From positions 46,634-104,530 of the forward strand of contig JBBAUX010000001.1 of the NCBI GenBank assembly GCA_040398005.1: DNA of 57,897 bases, read 5' to 3'. Shown piece by piece: positions 55,922 to 57,897 of this stretch. Each line of letters begins with the position of its first letter. Position 1 is the stretch's first letter. The notes beneath the pieces were generated by a model. The model did not search any database and was not told the DNA's origin. It worked only from the letters and a program-made list of their open reading frames with translations. Origin of the DNA: Opitutales bacterium (lineage in GTDB: Bacteria > Verrucomicrobiota > Verrucomicrobiia > Opitutales > UBA953). A program made the translations under genes and the position numbers.

Positions 55922-56833
55922 TTATTTAGTTGCTAGAACTGGACTAAAGGTGTTGGCTTTTTGGGACGCCTCTGATTTTTGGTCGGGGGAGATTTTCTTT
56001 TCGAGGTTATCGAGGCTGGCTTGGGCGCGGATGTGGCCTTTGTCCGCCGCAATGCTCCACCACTGGTAGGCTTCGATCTCACTACTCGCTACGCCTTCGC
56101 CATTTAAATAATGGAGACCTAATTCAAATTGGGCTTCGCTCTGACCTTGGTTGGCTGCACGCGTGAGCCATTCGACGGATGCGACATCGTTCTTGGGTAA
56201 TCCGTTTCCAAAAGAGTAGGCCGCACCGAGTTTGTATTGGGCTTCGGGGTCGCCTTTTTGGGCTGATTTAATTAATGTATCGTTCGCCTCGGTTTCTTTT
56301 TTCACACGCTCGGTGCGAAATTCAATCGCCCGTTTTTGTCCATCGACGCGTTGATTTTTGGTTAAAGTATTTTCAATAGCAGCGACTTTTTTATTCGCCT
56401 TGGTGTATCCCTGACTCGCCGACAGGAGATACCATTTATAGGCTTCGGCGTTATCTTTCTGGCCGACCCAGCCTGATTCAAAACCTTCGCCGAGTTGAAA
56501 TTGTGCGAGCGGATCCATTTGATCGGCTGCTTTGCTGAGCCACTGAGTCGCTTGGACGTCGTCGACTGCCGATCCGCTGCCGCGGTGATAAGCGGTACCG
56601 ATTAATGATTGAGCTTTGCTATTTCCTTTTTCGGCGGCGATTCGATACCAGCGAACGGCTTCGGTATTATTTTGTGGTAAGCCAACACCGGAGGCATGCA
56701 TTTCGCCTAGTTCGAAGGCCGCTTGGGCGTCTCCCTGCAGTGCTTTTTCCTGAAGTTGGGTGGCTTTATCTTTTGGATTACAGGCAGCGACAACCACGGC
56801 GAAGAGTAATATCCAAAGTCGAAGAGGGGACAT
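55922..56833 (-). CDS. Sel1-like repeat lipoprotein
   Basis: VAAC lipobox; repeated AQ..LG..Y..G.G...D...A..W...AA.QG units in two clusters. Confidence 0.9.
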   Translation of the reverse strand: MSPLRLWILLFAVVVAACNPKDKATQLQEKALQGDAQAAFELGEMHASGVGLPQNNTEAVRWYRIAAEKGNSKAQSLIGTAYHRGSGSAVDDVQATQWLSKAADQMDPLAQFQLGEGFESGWVGQKDNAEAYKWYLLSASQGYTKANKKVAAIENTLTKNQRVDGQKRAIEFRTERVKKETEANDTLIKSAQKGDPEAQYKLGAAYSFGNGLPKNDVASVEWLTRAANQGQSEAQFELGLHYLNGEGVASSEIEAYQWWSIAADKGHIRAQASLDNLEKKISPDQKSEASQKANTFSPVLATK

Positions 56834-56895
56834 GTCGGGTAGAGAATCTTTTGGCTGGAGGCGGAGGCAAGTCTTACATAATGTAATCTTCTAAC

Positions 56896-57627
56896 ATGTC
56901 GACAATTTTATGCATGAAGTGGGGCACCAAGTATGGGCCTGAGTATGTGAATCGACTTCATTCGATGGTGCAACGCCATCTGACCATTCCGCACCGTTTT
57001 GTCTGTCTGACCGATAATAAAGAGGGTCTGCATCCTGGAATTGAGACTTTTCCGATCCCGAGTCTGAAGCTACCCGCAGGGGCGCCGGAGCGTGGGTGGA
57101 CTAAGCTGGTTTCGTTTTCGCCCGACTTAACGGCCCAGGGTGGACCTGAATTAAAGGGCGAAGTGCTTTTTCTCGATATCGATATTGTGATCGTCGGAAA
57201 CGTGAACTCCTTCTTCGAGCAACCAGGAGAGTTTTTAATTATCCGCGATTGGCAGAAGGGAAGTTATACAGGTAATTCGTCAGTGTATCGTTGGACGGCC
57301 GGTCAGCATGCAGACGTCATTGATTACTTCCGAAATAATTTAGAACACGTGCGTAAGACGCATCGCAACGAGCAGGAATATTTAACGGCACAGTTATCAA
57401 CTCAGGGTAAGGTCAGTTATTGGCCTGAGACTTGGTGTCGCAGTTTCAAACGTCACTGCGTAAAATATTTCCCGTTCTCATTTTTCCAAACGCCCACCAT
57501 TCCTGAAGGGGCGAAGATTGTGGTTTTCCATGGTGTGCCTAATCCGCCCGATGCGTTGGTGGGTCGCAGCGGTAAGTGGTATCGTCGGGTTTTACCGACG
57601 CCTTGGATCGGGGAAAATTGGAAGTGA
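56896..57627 (+). CDS. Putative GT-A fold glycosyltransferase (MKWG.KY family)
   Basis: CMKWGTKYGPEYVNRL, FVCLTD, LFLDID (DxD), NSSV, EQ.YL and VFHG.PNP. Confidence 0.75.
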   Translation: MSTILCMKWGTKYGPEYVNRLHSMVQRHLTIPHRFVCLTDNKEGLHPGIETFPIPSLKLPAGAPERGWTKLVSFSPDLTAQGGPELKGEVLFLDIDIVIVGNVNSFFEQPGEFLIIRDWQKGSYTGNSSVYRWTAGQHADVIDYFRNNLEHVRKTHRNEQEYLTAQLSTQGKVSYWPETWCRSFKRHCVKYFPFSFFQTPTIPEGAKIVVFHGVPNPPDALVGRSGKWYRRVLPTPWIGENWK

Positions 57628-57897
57628 CGCGAGTAGAGCTCACGTCACTCAGGGGACACGCGGGCAAGGTGACACGGTGACAAGGGGAGATGCGACAGAG
57701 ACACTTGATTTAAATTGAGGAGATACATGACGCGAGCAGAGCTCACGTCACTCAGGGGACACGGGACGCGTGCACTGCACGCGAGGGGATAAGTTGGCAA
57801 GTGGGCACGGTGACAAGGGGAAGTAAAGTTGAGGGGACACGTGGGCAAGGTGACACGGTGACAAGGGGAACAAGTTCAGGGGACAAGCTGGTACGTG
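57624..57897 (+). repeat. Cluster of hairpin + 8-bp-unit repeat elements, running off the window end
   Basis: Octamer blocks at 57652-57687, 57755-57762 (partial), 57785-57820, 57833-57868 and 57879-end. Hairpin TGACGCGAGYAGAGCTCACGTCA duplicated at 57625 and 57728; hairpin CGCGTGCA-C-TGCACGCG at 57767-57783. Confidence 0.9.

Noticed and set aside
188..57718. Numerous 60-190 aa overlapping or antisense ORFs in the ORF track
   Set aside because: All overlap well-supported genes on another frame or strand and show no recognisable motifs; treated as shadow ORFs.
57624..57790. Integron attC sites
   Set aside because: No RYYYAAC/GTTRRRY core pair around the hairpins and no integron integrase.
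57718..57792. Small ORF MTRAELTSLRGHGTRALHARG with an upstream GAGGAG
   Set aside because: Made almost entirely of repeat and hairpin sequence, and SD motifs seem little used in this genome. Likely chance; the ORFs at 57518-57718 and 57645-57848 are rejected for the same reason.
57624..57897. Possible CRISPR array
   Set aside because: Repeats are degenerate and internally periodic, gaps are irregular (10-12 nt or hairpins) rather than unique ~30-40 nt spacers, single copies occur elsewhere, and no cas genes are in the window.
55037..57897. Prophage or integrative element at tRNA-Ser
   Set aside because: No integrase, phage genes or duplicated tRNA 3' end are visible within the window.

Overview
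Bacterial chromosomal segment, most consistent with Verrucomicrobiota (Opitutia). This is inferred from the MurC-MurB fusion, the LysM gene inside the dcw cluster, a divergent FtsZ and the DUF3568/DUF2851 genes. It is densely packed and mostly housekeeping. In order: the 3' end of dxs; a porin-like gene with Fur-like operators; rnr with a CBS/DRTGG pyrophosphatase; an OYE reductase; a split complex I cluster (nuoB-F, then ppnP and rlmI, then nuoG-I; no nuoA or nuoJ-N); an alginate lyase; a PlcP-like phosphoesterase with a glycolipid synthase; uvrC; cinA-holA-purB; PPi-type PFK; a secreted FecR-domain protein; tmk-holB with an ECF sigma module; aroC; a complete dcw cluster (mraZ to ftsZ); sufS; tRNA-Ser(TGA); and a small accessory block. 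No integrase, transposase, CRISPR array or recognisable defence system is visible. The most unusual signals are (1) a dispersed ~36-bp element of four degenerate 8-bp units, paired with GC-rich hairpins at gene 3' ends and expanding into a cluster at the window end; (2) an FtsZ whose catalytic T7 loop and tubulin signature are degenerate; and (3) a probable Pho-controlled phospholipid-to-glycolipid remodelling pair. All family names come from motif recognition by eye, not database searches.
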